A DNA stretch of 53,896 bases from positions 1 to 53,896 of IMG/VR virus record IMGVR_UViG_3300032282_004021, one strand, 5' to 3'. The stretch is from a virus (taxonomy: Duplodnaviria; Caudoviricetes). Position 1 is the first letter of the stretch. The number at the start of each line of letters is the position of its first letter. Positions 28,858 through 39,900 of this stretch are shown in pieces. Made by a program: the position numbers and the translations under genes. Below the pieces are notes generated by a model. That model worked only from the letters and a program-made list of their open reading frames with translations. It had not been told where the DNA came from and ran no database searches.

Positions 28858-31800
28858 GCTTAAAAAGAATATTTCACATTGCTGACATACATATTCGTAA
28901 TGTAAAACGACACAAAGAATATAGAAAAGTATTCCAAAAGATGTTTGAGGAAATACGTAAATATGATACGAAAGATTCAATTATATATTTAGCAGGCGAT
29001 ATTGCTCATGCTAAATTGGAAATGAGTCCAGAATTAGTTAGTGAGATTGTTTGGTTATTTACAGAATGTGCTAAAACATGTCCTACAATTCTTATAGCAG
29101 GTAACCACGATTGCAATATGAATAATTCGGATAGACTAGATGTACTTACTCCGATTGTTACAGCACTTAATTTAGATAATTTTATTTACTTAAAAGATAC
29201 ACAAGTTCATTCTATTGGTGATGTTGATTTTGCTGTATTCAGTATTTTTGACAACAAAGATAACTGGCCTAAAGCCGATACTCTAACTGGCAAAACAAAA
29301 ATTGCTCTATTTCACGGACCAGTTGATAACTCACAAACCGATATAGGCTATGTAGTTAGTAGCCGACATTTTACAACGGATATATTCGATGGTTATGATT
29401 TGGCTCTATTAGGTGATATACATAAACGTCAGGAGATGATTAGTCCTCAAGGATGTAAAGTAGTTTATGCAGGCTCCCTCATACAGCAGAACTTTGGCGA
29501 AACACTTGATAAGCACGGATTTTTAGTTTGGGATGTGGAAACAAAGGAATATGAGGCGATTGATATTCAAAACGATTATGGTTACTATACATTAGATATA
29601 GATAATGGTGTTGTACCGATTGTAACCGATATGCCAAAACATCCACGTCTTCGTGTTCGTATATCCAATACCGATACTGCCGATACAAAGCGTGTAATGA
29701 CCGAAATTAAAATGAGATATGGTGTAGATGATTTTACTATCATTCGTACCGATTCTCTTTCTAAATTGAAAACCGGCAATCGTGCTAACAAATTGGATTT
29801 TGAAGATATATCAGATATTAATTATCAAAATTCACTTATCAATGATTATGTGACAAGAATGATGCCTTTCGTAACCGAAGAAGACCTTAATGGGTTAGAA
29901 TCCATAAATAGAGATATTAATAGCCGGATAACGCAAGATGAAATTCAAAGAAACATATTTTGGAAACCGATAAAGTTTACATTTGAAAATATGTTCAGCT
30001 ATGGTGAAGCTAATACTATTGATTTCTCAAAAGTAGGTGGGTTGATGGGGTTATTTGCACCAAACGCTACAGGTAAATCCTCACTATTTGATGCTATATC
30101 ATTTTGTCTTTATGATAAATGTAGTAGGGCATTCAAAGCACAAAATATTCTAAACAATCGTAAAACAACATTCTATTGTGAATTACATTTTCAAATAAAT
30201 GGAATGGATTATCATATTCGTAGAGAAGCAAAGACCATTAACAAAGGTAAGAATGTTAAGGTTGATGTACAATTTTGGAAAACGGAAGGTGGTATAGCAG
30301 TTTCTCTTAATGGAACGGAAAGACGTGATACCAACACTGCTATTGAGCAATATGTTGGTACTTACGAAGATTTCATTCTAACTGCTTTAAGTTTGCAAGG
30401 TAACAATGCACTATTCATTGATAAATCTCAATCGGAAAGGAAAGAACTTCTTGCTCAATTTATGGGATTGAATGTATTTGATAAATTATATGAAACAGCA
30501 ACCGAAGATATTAAAGAGGTTAGTGTTCTTGTTAAAAACTTTAAGCGTACCGATTTCACATCTGAACTTGCCGATAAAGGCACTGAATTGAAATCAAAAC
30601 GTAAAGAATTAAAAGAATTACAAACCCTATTAGATAGTGCAAATGATGTTAAGAATGGTGTATTAGAAAATATACTTACACTTACAAAAGAATTGGCACC
30701 AATTGATTCTACATTAGATTTGGGTAAGTTAGAAAAAACAAAAACCGATATTGAAGGTAACACTCTAAATATACAAATTGAAAAAGCAAATAAGGTAAAT
30801 AAAATTGGGGAATATAATAATCTTTTATCGGAAATATCACAATCCATAGAAGAAAAGAAAACTATAAATAATAAATCCATTGAAGTAGCAAAAATTGAAT
30901 GGGATGAATATAAGCGTAATATAAGTGATACCGAACATCAGATTGAATTATTAGAACAATCAATAAATTCAAATAGAGAAAAACTTTCACACTTAGAAGA
31001 ACATGAGTACGACCCAAATTGTAACTTTTGTATGAATAATGTATTTGTAAAAGATGCTATCGCTACAAAAGAATTAGTTGAAAAACAAGAAACAGAATTA
31101 GATGAATTGGGTAATAAACATCAATCTCTAATTCAACAAGCAAGTTATATCGCAGATGTTGAAGACCAGTGGGATGAGTTAGTAGAATTAAAATCCAAAT
31201 ATCAAAAAGCAATTATTATTAAAGAAAAAGCTGATGTTGAATTAAAAGGATTACATACAAAAGAAGAATTATACTCAACTCAATTAGAAGGTGTTAAAGC
31301 GGATATTAAAAAGTATAACGATAATGAAGATACTATTAAACGTAATAAACAAATACAATCGGATATTCAGGGACTAGAAACTACTAAAGCCGGAATAGAT
31401 ACAAATATAAAAGAATTAGGTAAGAGTATAACCACACTCAATGGTTCTATTGGTTCTCTGGAGTCGTTTATAGAGGGTATTAAGAATAAGATGATGGAAG
31501 TTAAGGACTTGGAGGAAAAAGGACGCCTATACACCTATTATATAGATGCGGTTAAGCGTGATGGTATTCCCTACGAACTAATTTCTAAAGCACTACCCGT
31601 AATTGAAACCGAAGTAAATAATATTCTTGCACAGGTTGTAGATTTTGGATGTGTAATGGAAGTTGATGGTAAATCTATTAATGCAAAGATTGTTTATGAT
31701 GACCAAGAATGGCCATTGGAAATGTGTAGTGGTATGGAAAAGTTTGTAAGTGGACTTGCTATCCGAGTTGCATTGATTAATATATGTAATCTACCTCGTC

Positions 31801-31997
31801 CAAACTTCCTTGTCATTGATGAAGGGTTTGGTACATTGGACTCTGATAATCTTTCATCTCTCTTTATGATGATGCAATATCTTAAAACTCAATTTGATTT
31901 TATTTGGGTTATTTCTCACTTGGAACAAATGCGTGATATTGTTGATGGACTTATTGAAATTAAGAAAATAGATGGATTTAGTAAGATTGATTTTTAA
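28854..31997 (+). CDS. Fused SbcD-SbcC (Mre11-Rad50, T4 gp47-gp46-like) nuclease-ATPase
   Basis: ADIH, GD, GNHD, FHG, GDIH; Walker A APNATGKS, Q-loop, CNFC hook, CSGME signature, IDEGFGTLD, ISH. Confidence 0.92.
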   Translation: MSLKRIFHIADIHIRNVKRHKEYRKVFQKMFEEIRKYDTKDSIIYLAGDIAHAKLEMSPELVSEIVWLFTECAKTCPTILIAGNHDCNMNNSDRLDVLTPIVTALNLDNFIYLKDTQVHSIGDVDFAVFSIFDNKDNWPKADTLTGKTKIALFHGPVDNSQTDIGYVVSSRHFTTDIFDGYDLALLGDIHKRQEMISPQGCKVVYAGSLIQQNFGETLDKHGFLVWDVETKEYEAIDIQNDYGYYTLDIDNGVVPIVTDMPKHPRLRVRISNTDTADTKRVMTEIKMRYGVDDFTIIRTDSLSKLKTGNRANKLDFEDISDINYQNSLINDYVTRMMPFVTEEDLNGLESINRDINSRITQDEIQRNIFWKPIKFTFENMFSYGEANTIDFSKVGGLMGLFAPNATGKSSLFDAISFCLYDKCSRAFKAQNILNNRKTTFYCELHFQINGMDYHIRREAKTINKGKNVKVDVQFWKTEGGIAVSLNGTERRDTNTAIEQYVGTYEDFILTALSLQGNNALFIDKSQSERKELLAQFMGLNVFDKLYETATEDIKEVSVLVKNFKRTDFTSELADKGTELKSKRKELKELQTLLDSANDVKNGVLENILTLTKELAPIDSTLDLGKLEKTKTDIEGNTLNIQIEKANKVNKIGEYNNLLSEISQSIEEKKTINNKSIEVAKIEWDEYKRNISDTEHQIELLEQSINSNREKLSHLEEHEYDPNCNFCMNNVFVKDAIATKELVEKQETELDELGNKHQSLIQQASYIADVEDQWDELVELKSKYQKAIIIKEKADVELKGLHTKEELYSTQLEGVKADIKKYNDNEDTIKRNKQIQSDIQGLETTKAGIDTNIKELGKSITTLNGSIGSLESFIEGIKNKMMEVKDLEEKGRLYTYYIDAVKRDGIPYELISKALPVIETEVNNILAQVVDFGCVMEVDGKSINAKIVYDDQEWPLEMCSGMEKFVSGLAIRVALINICNLPRPNFLVIDEGFGTLDSDNLSSLFMMMQYLKTQFDFIWVISHLEQMRDIVDGLIEIKKIDGFSKIDF

Positions 31998-32157
31998 TAT
32001 CAATTTTAGTCACTTTACCAGTTATTGGTTTAGTTGTATTAATATGCTTTTTAATTAGATTTTCAACAAGAGAACCCATTTTAAACCCATGCTCTTCACA
32101 ATATTTTTTCAAAAGTATGTGTGTTTCTTTTTTTATTTGTAACATTGAATATTTCAT
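31978..32157 (-). CDS. 59-aa putative ribbon-helix-helix DNA-binding protein (absent from ORF track)
   Basis: MKYSMLQIKKETHILLKKYCEEHGFKMGSLVENLIKKHI...; has its own minus-strand late motif. Confidence 0.75.
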   Translation of the reverse strand: MKYSMLQIKKETHILLKKYCEEHGFKMGSLVENLIKKHINTTKPITGKVTKIDIKNQSY

Positions 32158-32190
32158 AACTCTTTAGTTTATTTTAGTTTTCTATATACA

Positions 32191-32230
32191 TATAAATATT
32201 GGATAGTTTATTTTTTTGAAGATATTTATA
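32191..32230. promoter_or_regulatory. Divergent pair of late promoter motifs
   Basis: ATATTTATA on the minus strand (32191-32199) and the plus strand (32222-32230). Confidence 0.65.
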
Positions 32231-32247
32231 GAAAACGACTATATTTA

Positions 32248-35109
32248 ATGGCAATTATTAAGAAAAGTTTATTTCCTCAAAATTTAGATAGGGTAGCTAC
32301 ATATATAATTGATACCGATGTAAATAGTAGGTATTTGAAAATATCACAATTAGGCGATACTTTTACTGGTGGTAAAAATGCTTTTCTTATTCAAGGTACT
32401 TATGAATTGGCACCAGGAAGTAGAATATGGATTGAAATAAAAGATGCAAAAGGAGATATAATTTATAATGAACCGGGTGAAGGTACTCCAAAAGAATACT
32501 ATGAAGGTAATTCAAAACCTGTAGCAGTTTATATATACGAAGATACTGCTTTTGGCCCTGCAACAATAACTATATTGGCCGAATTGGCTGAATATGAAAT
32601 TGATGGTAAAAAATATACTATACCAGAAGAATGGAAGGGCAGGCCTAATATGAAATGGCAAAAAGTTGTAAATGCACATCCGGAAATGGCCAATATAACG
32701 CCTATAAGATTTTATAAACGTCCAAAAGTAAACATTACTGAATTAGGGTTACCAATTTTTGAAAGAACTAAAACAACAATTAAAGTTTCTGGTTCAATAA
32801 GAGGTAGAGCAATATCTCCTGTTGCAGGTACAGTATATACCGGCCAAAGTGTAATATATGAATTGGAATCTATAAACCCTGCATCGGCTAGTTTTACTAA
32901 TGGTGTACATTTACCGGATTCACCTGCAACAATTATACCAGCAGCTTTAGTAGGTTTAGAAATAAATGTGGCCGGAATTTCGGGATCCAATGGGCAGAGA
33001 TTTTATGTAAGAGAAGGACAGCAATCACCCACCGAGCTGTATCAACCGCCACCACCTGATACTACAACTTACACATATTATACTACATTTAATTCAACCA
33101 TAACTGAATGGCTATCACAATATAAGATTCATACTTTAACGCCATTTGTAGTACCGCAGCAGTTGACAAATACAGTATTTAGTAAACCCTTCAGATTCTA
33201 TTTCAGTAAAGGGCAGAATTTAATACAAGATTTTGAATATGGTTCATTCACTGCATCATATGATACATTCATTTGGGCCGATACGGGAATATCATCATCA
33301 TATGCGAATATTAAAATTACGGATATGGAAACTTTTAGCGGAGATGTTTACCGAATAAAAGTTTTAGCAGATAGTAAAAGTGATTTACAAGGATATCGTC
33401 CACTTGAAGATATAGTTTTGGAAAATAATGAACTTTTACAAGAACCATATTATCTAAATACATTAAATAAAAAAACAGGAATATTTGATACAGAGCTTTT
33501 GACAGATTCGAACAATCCTGATCAGCAAAGATGGGTTATTGATACTTTAGCTACAACGGGTACTTCAACAATGGATTTAAATGCTAATGACGTAACTTTA
33601 GTACCTGATACTGATATTACTGGTTCAAATGGATTATTTAGATTTTATTATAATAAAAATCTTACATTTGAAAAAGCTACAGAGTATTCATTACGATTTA
33701 CACCTACGTTTGAAAGTATAACAAATCCAATAGGATATTTGGATATATATTTAACAGGATCGTGTTTCAATGATACTAATCCAAATATAGGATATGGTAA
33801 AAAAATAGGTACGCTAACTGATAGTACTTATAAAAAATATTCAGAACAAACTATAAACTTTTATCCGGATAATGATGGTACCGGTAGTGTTTCTTTTATA
33901 GTTAGAAATGGTAAATGGAAGTTAAAAGATATTAGTATACAACCATCACATCAAACGGCATTTTCACCAAATCAATATCAATTTATAACAAAACCACCCA
34001 TTCAAGTTGTAAGTGAATCATTTGATTTTAGATTTGATTTTTTTGATATTAATTATAATTATGTACCTATAAAAATTTATAAACAAGTACAATTTTTGGG
34101 TGGAAATGATTTACCTCAACGATTAATTGTATCTGCAAGTAGTTTATCTTTTAATACAATATATTCACCAACAATAACACCGCCAACGATAGATATTTAT
34201 TATGAAAAACAATTCTTAACAGATGATATTATATTCATAAGTACATCAAATGATAATACTGCTGGCGCTTATGACCAATATAACACATTCTTAAACCCTC
34301 CAGGTGCACCATCACCAGATACAACCATTTATCCTGGAAAACTTACTAATATACATCCGCAAGGAGCTGGTTTTGTAGGAACTTTAACTTGGGATAATTT
34401 CACAGGTTCAGTTAATGATCCTGCAAGATATACTAATAGATTAACTTATACAATTGTGTGTGGTCCGTTGAGTAAAACATTAACTATTAATAGAATTAAT
34501 GCACCGGTAACAACTACTACTACAACCACGACAACGACAACTACAACTACTAGCACTACAAGTACAACGACTACTGTAGCTCCTTCATATGCTGGTAGAT
34601 TATACGTTAGAAACTGGACACCATATTCTGGATTGAGATTGACTTCTGTTCTTGTAAATGGTTCTTCTCCAAGTTGGATATACCCAACAGGTCCAGGTGG
34701 AATATATTCTATTGGTCAGCAACATGGTATAGGCATTGGTAGTGGCGACGCTGTTAATTATAGTAATGCATCATATCTATCACCAACATCAATAAAATTT
34801 TATGATAGAACGAGTGGTTACCCAGGTGTAGAATATGATTACCCGGCCAATATTTCAGCGGGAACAGGTTCTATTCCGGGGTTAAATCAGACTTATACTT
34901 TAACTTTAAACTTTAATAATCCCGATCTTGTAACTCATTATTTAACTTTTAATACTACTTGTACAATGAACCCAGTTATTAGTGGTACACCTACAACAAC
35001 TGGTAGATTTATTCCGGCCGCATTGAATTCTACAAAAACGTATACGGTTACTACACCTGTTTCAGGAAATCCTAATATTGATATAATAATCTATAGCTTC
35101 AACACATAA
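32248..35109 (+). CDS. Putative virion structural protein with poly-Thr stalk
   Basis: Beta-rich, FTGGKNAFLIQG, TFSGDVYRIKV, Thr run at about aa 755-776, separate C-terminal domain. Confidence 0.7.
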   Translation: MAIIKKSLFPQNLDRVATYIIDTDVNSRYLKISQLGDTFTGGKNAFLIQGTYELAPGSRIWIEIKDAKGDIIYNEPGEGTPKEYYEGNSKPVAVYIYEDTAFGPATITILAELAEYEIDGKKYTIPEEWKGRPNMKWQKVVNAHPEMANITPIRFYKRPKVNITELGLPIFERTKTTIKVSGSIRGRAISPVAGTVYTGQSVIYELESINPASASFTNGVHLPDSPATIIPAALVGLEINVAGISGSNGQRFYVREGQQSPTELYQPPPPDTTTYTYYTTFNSTITEWLSQYKIHTLTPFVVPQQLTNTVFSKPFRFYFSKGQNLIQDFEYGSFTASYDTFIWADTGISSSYANIKITDMETFSGDVYRIKVLADSKSDLQGYRPLEDIVLENNELLQEPYYLNTLNKKTGIFDTELLTDSNNPDQQRWVIDTLATTGTSTMDLNANDVTLVPDTDITGSNGLFRFYYNKNLTFEKATEYSLRFTPTFESITNPIGYLDIYLTGSCFNDTNPNIGYGKKIGTLTDSTYKKYSEQTINFYPDNDGTGSVSFIVRNGKWKLKDISIQPSHQTAFSPNQYQFITKPPIQVVSESFDFRFDFFDINYNYVPIKIYKQVQFLGGNDLPQRLIVSASSLSFNTIYSPTITPPTIDIYYEKQFLTDDIIFISTSNDNTAGAYDQYNTFLNPPGAPSPDTTIYPGKLTNIHPQGAGFVGTLTWDNFTGSVNDPARYTNRLTYTIVCGPLSKTLTINRINAPVTTTTTTTTTTTTTTSTTSTTTTVAPSYAGRLYVRNWTPYSGLRLTSVLVNGSSPSWIYPTGPGGIYSIGQQHGIGIGSGDAVNYSNASYLSPTSIKFYDRTSGYPGVEYDYPANISAGTGSIPGLNQTYTLTLNFNNPDLVTHYLTFNTTCTMNPVISGTPTTTGRFIPAALNSTKTYTVTTPVSGNPNIDIIIYSFNT
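34510..34575 (+). repeat. Poly-Thr tract (T14-STTSTTTT)
   Basis: Encoded by mixed ACA/ACT/ACC/ACG codons. Confidence 0.9.
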
Positions 35110-35116
35110 TAAAATA

Positions 35117-36076
35117 ATGAAAAAGTTACAATATATTTGCGTTCAACCACGCCTTATTTACTATGCTTGGCAAGTCGAAGTAATGATAAATAATTTTATT
35201 CGTAATGGCATAAATCCAAACGATATTAATATACTTGTCGCGTGGAATCCAAATGATTTAACAAATTCAGAAGAAAACATAAAAGATTGGAAGAGGTTAT
35301 ATGAAAGATATTCCGATGTACGTTTTTTTGAATACGAAGATATAAGACAACTACCAATTCATTACATATCATCAGTACGGCCTAATATACTAAAACAACA
35401 TTTTCTAAAATATCCAGAATTATCAAATGAAGTATTTTTTTATCACGATTGTGATGTGGTATTTACTAAACCGATTGATTTTTCTGAATTACTAAATGAT
35501 ACTATTTGGTATTTAAGTGATACAAATTCATATATCAATTACGATTATATAAAATCAAAAGATTATGGAGTTTATGAAGAAATGTGTCGCATAGTCGGTA
35601 TAGATGAAGAATTACCAAAAAGATATAATGAAGCTTCAGGTGGCGCACAATATATAATGAAAAATTTAACATCGGAATATTGGGAAAAAGTTGAAAGAGA
35701 TAGTGAAGAATTATTCAAACAAATAACTGATAAAAATAATCGTATAAAACAACAAATACCATTCTATCATGAACTACAAATATGGTGTGCTGATATGTGG
35801 GCTGTACTTTGGAATGCTTGGTTATTTGGACATGAAACAAAAGTTGTTTCAGAATTAAACTTTTGTTGGGCTACCGATACAGTCGATATGTGGGATAAAT
35901 GTAATATATTTCATAACGCAGGCGTAACAAACGATTCAATTGGTTATTTTTATAAATCAAATTATATGAATAAACAACCATATAATATTAATATAAACAA
36001 TTTTGATGCAGCTTATTGTTCATACAAATATACTCAAGAGATTATAAAAACAATAGAGGTATCATGTCTAAAATAG
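35117..36076 (+). CDS. GT-A glycosyltransferase, SERGT1/HPAT (GT96/GT95)-like
   Basis: YYAWQ, YISSVRP, DCD (DxD), GGAQY, WCADMW, IFHNAG. Confidence 0.6.
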   Translation: MKKLQYICVQPRLIYYAWQVEVMINNFIRNGINPNDINILVAWNPNDLTNSEENIKDWKRLYERYSDVRFFEYEDIRQLPIHYISSVRPNILKQHFLKYPELSNEVFFYHDCDVVFTKPIDFSELLNDTIWYLSDTNSYINYDYIKSKDYGVYEEMCRIVGIDEELPKRYNEASGGAQYIMKNLTSEYWEKVERDSEELFKQITDKNNRIKQQIPFYHELQIWCADMWAVLWNAWLFGHETKVVSELNFCWATDTVDMWDKCNIFHNAGVTNDSIGYFYKSNYMNKQPYNININNFDAAYCSYKYTQEIIKTIEVSCLK

Positions 36077-36783
36077 GAATTACAATACTAGCAACTAATG
36101 CATACTTTGTTTTAGGAATACGATTCATAAAAAAATTTATGCATCATTATAAGGGTAATTCTGAAATAACTTTTTATTTCTTTTCAGATACCAATCCTTC
36201 CGATTATTTATCAGATAACATAAATGTAAAATACTACCACACAATACATAATAATTGGGTAGAAGGTACTAATGATAAATTTAATAGTATATTATCATTG
36301 AAAGAAGAAGATATTGATTACCTATACTATTTTGATGCTGATACAAATATAACTAAAGACTTTACAGAAGAATGGTTTATAGGTGATTTAGTAGGTGGTG
36401 AACACTATGGTAATCGTACTTGGTTAGCAAACGGTGCAGGGTTTGACCGGTTTGTGAAATCTAAAGCTTATGTACCAATAGATAGTCCTCTACCATACAC
36501 ATATCATTATGGAGCATTCTTTGGTGGTAAATGTGATACAGTTATAGATTTTTGTAAAACCCTTAAAGAATGGCAAATAGAAGATAAAAAAATACCTTAT
36601 GAGCCAGTTGTTAATGATGAAAGTTATATTAATGCATATTTTCATTACAATCCTCCTACCACCATACTTTGTGAAAAATTTGCATTTGATATAAGTGATA
36701 AAGGTGGTATAGGAGAAACCAGAGATACTAATCTGAATATTGATTATTACAAAAAAATATTATTAGATGGAAATATTTGGTAA
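36064..36783 (+). CDS. Glycosyltransferase family 6 (ABO/alpha-1,3-Gal(NAc)T-like)
   Basis: IGITILATNAY, FFSD, DYLYYFDAD, YGAFFGG, NDESYINAYF; likely start is ATG 36064. Confidence 0.85.
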   Translation: MSKIGITILATNAYFVLGIRFIKKFMHHYKGNSEITFYFFSDTNPSDYLSDNINVKYYHTIHNNWVEGTNDKFNSILSLKEEDIDYLYYFDADTNITKDFTEEWFIGDLVGGEHYGNRTWLANGAGFDRFVKSKAYVPIDSPLPYTYHYGAFFGGKCDTVIDFCKTLKEWQIEDKKIPYEPVVNDESYINAYFHYNPPTTILCEKFAFDISDKGGIGETRDTNLNIDYYKKILLDGNIW

Positions 36784-36807
36784 AATCAATAATTTTTTGT
36801 ATGTTGT
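36776..36807 (+). promoter_or_regulatory. Bacteroidota-type promoter variant
   Basis: TTTG(36776)-N20-TATGTTGT(36800). Confidence 0.4.
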
Positions 36808-36817
36808 GTAAAAAGAT

Positions 36818-36885
36818 CAGCACTGACAGCACTAAAGCTAAGAAAAGTTAAAAATAAAAAGTAAAAACTCCTAACTGACAGCACT
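36818..36885 (+). repeat. Intergenic direct repeats: ACTGACAGCACT x2, CAGCACT x3
   Basis: 12-mers at 36822 and 36874; extra CAGCACT at 36818. Confidence 0.8.
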
Positions 36886-36909
36886 TCTGTTTTTTATACT
36901 TTAAACTGA

Positions 36910-36918
36910 ATATTTATT
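36910..36918 (+). promoter_or_regulatory. Putative late promoter
   Basis: ATATTTATT upstream of 36937. Confidence 0.5.
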
Positions 36919-36936
36919 TAAGAAATATTTATATGT

Positions 36937-39900
36937 ATGAATTTAATAAATGAGGTAGATAAACCAACTGTAAAAAAGATAATTGTAATTTATTCTGGTA
37001 GATTTCAACCATTTCATAGAGGACACTATGCATCTTATCAAAAATTGGTATCAAAATTTGGTAAAGATAATGTATATATTGGAACTTCAAACGATACAAG
37101 CGGCCCCAAATCTCCTTTTAACTTTAAAGAAAAGAAGCAGGTAGCTACCACAATGTTTGGTATTCCTTCTAACCGATTCGTTCAAATCCAAAACCCATAT
37201 CAGCCAATTGAAATACTTAAAAAATTTGATGGTAAAACTACTCAATATATTGCAGCAGTTGGAGAAAAAGACGCAACACGACTTCATGGAAAATATTTTA
37301 AACCATACAAAGGCAAGCCAGGATATGGGTACGATGAAATAGGTTATGTATATGCGGTACCAGCTGAACCAAACCCAATATCTGGAACCGATGTTCGTAA
37401 AGGGCTTGGTAGTGGTAATGCGGAAACAAAAAAGAAATTCTTTTTAAAAGCATATCCTAAAATGGATAAAGATATATTCAAAATGATTACTACTAAAATA
37501 GGTAAACTAAATGAAGCCGGACCACTTCAGGGAGCAGGTATGGCAGTTGATTTCGGACCGAATCCACTATCACATAAAAAAGATGATGAGAAGGATGGTG
37601 TAACCGAAGATGGATTTCCAGGTGGAGTATTTACGGGATTAGTTTCACCCGGTGGATATATTAATGGAGCTCCACAACCAAAAGATGTAGCAAAGTTAAG
37701 TAAAAAAATTCATAAAAAAGATAATACTAAAACTAATAAGGATTATGTATATGATCCAATATCTGAAATAATTCACAAAATATTATTTGAGGAAGAAGCT
37801 CCAAATACTGTAATGGATAAAGAAATATCTTATAAAGCAACGGATGGTAGTGAAAAAAAGATTACAGTCCGAAATGCATTAAGATTATCAAAAGACCACC
37901 CTGCACATATACAAGCAAAAAAATTAACCGGAAAAGAAGAACCGAAAGCTGAAAAGCCAAAAGAAAAAGGTGAAAAAGATTCTAAAAAGGGAGCAAAAGA
38001 AATACCAGCCGAAAACCCAAAAGCTACTGAGCCAAAAGGGCCAGCTCCTATTAAACTAAGTGGTGCAGAACTAAAATCTGATGCTGAAAAATCTCCTGAA
38101 GAAAAACATCAAGAAAAATCCAAAATGGAATTGGATTCAAAAATGAAAGAGGTTTCACCGGAAGATGTAAAAGCCGGTAAAGAAATGAATGATACTAATT
38201 CGCCGGAAAGACAGGAGATGAAGAAAAACTCACAAAACTGGTTATCTAAAATGGGTAACAAAATGTGGGAAGGTGCAAAGAAGTGGGGTAATGAGAAAAA
38301 AGAAATGTTAGCCGGAACCGGAGCAGCTATAAAAACACTTGCATCAGGCGGAAAAGTAGGTAGCATAAAAGGAACAGATGGCAAATGGGTACACCATACG
38401 GATTTTAAAATCAAAAGTGAAGAACTAGATACTAAAACGGGTAAAAATAAAACTGTATGGAAAGATAAATCTGATTTAACACCCGAACAACAATCGTTAA
38501 AGAAAAAATCAGAACATGAAGACCACAAACAAAGACACGCACTAAAACATACCGCAAAGGATGTTGGATTATTAGCACTTTCAATGGTAGGTGCCGGTGC
38601 TATTGGTGGAGCAATAGGTGGTATGGTTACACATGGTGCAGCCGGAATAGTACATGGTGCCGCACATGGTATTACATCAATAATTGGTCATGGTGCTGCG
38701 GGGTTTGGTACTCATGTGGCCAAAGACATAGCAAAACATTCTGCATTTGAAGCAATGGGACTTGGTGGACATCATGCCGCCGGAGCAACAGCGGCAATGG
38801 GTGCAATCGGACATTTATTAGAAGGTGATGATGAACAAGAAGGACAATCACATGAAAAATTTGTAGATACACTTCTTAAAAAGACTATCCAAATAATGAT
38901 GGATAAGACCCTTAGTGATGAACAAATGTTAAGAGCGGTAGAAACATATCAAAAAGAAAGTGGTGATACTAATCTAAAAAGTTTAGCTAAAACAATAGAT
39001 GAATCAGCAATATCTAAATCAAAAGTTCAAAATATTGCAGACTTTGTAGGATATGCTACTAAGAAATTAAAACTCAAAGATAAACCAAAAATTAAACTCA
39101 TACTTGGACAAGATTATTCAAAACAAAATTCTACATTAGGTGGATATAGTCCAGATACAAAAGATATAGTTGTTGTTATACCAAATCGTATGACAGCTGA
39201 TATATGTCGTACCATTGGACATGAATTGGTACATCGTAAGCAAGATGAATTGGGGTTAATAAAAAATAGTAATACAGCAGGTACTACTGGTTCACCAATA
39301 GAAAATCAGGCAAATTCAGTAGCAGGAATACTACTTCGTGATTATGGCAAAATAAATAAAGAAATATATTCCGAAGGTAAAATTTTATTAGATGAAACAA
39401 GCTACATGTCTACAGATGGCGATGACCAACCGAATGGTGCATGGCTTCCAAAGGGCGCACAAAGAGTACTTGGAGCAGATGATGGTGTAAACAAATCGGA
39501 TTATTGGTTTCATAACGGAGGATATATTCAATTAGAATTTCCTGAAGCTGATAAAATATTAGGAGATGAAGATGAGAATCAGATATATGTTCAATATATA
39601 ACTAAAAATGTACCCCGTCAATCAGGCCCAAAGACTGTATTTAATAAAAACCCTGAAAAAGCAAAAATAATTTCTGAGATGGGTAAAGGTGATATTCATT
39701 TCAAAAATATATTTCAACATTGGAGAGATGGCGATGCTAAATTGAAACAAAAAATAGCAAATTTAGTTACCGGAAATAAATACGCAAAATCAAAAGAAAT
39801 TGTAAAAAATCTACTTGATTTGGATATAACCGATATTGAATGGGTTGAAGATGAAATTGGTATTACTCTGTTTGAAACTATAAAAAAAGTAGGAAGTAAA

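Noticed and set aside
34510-34575. Slippage microsatellite or phase-variation tract
   Set aside because: All four Thr codons are mixed, indicating selection at the protein level
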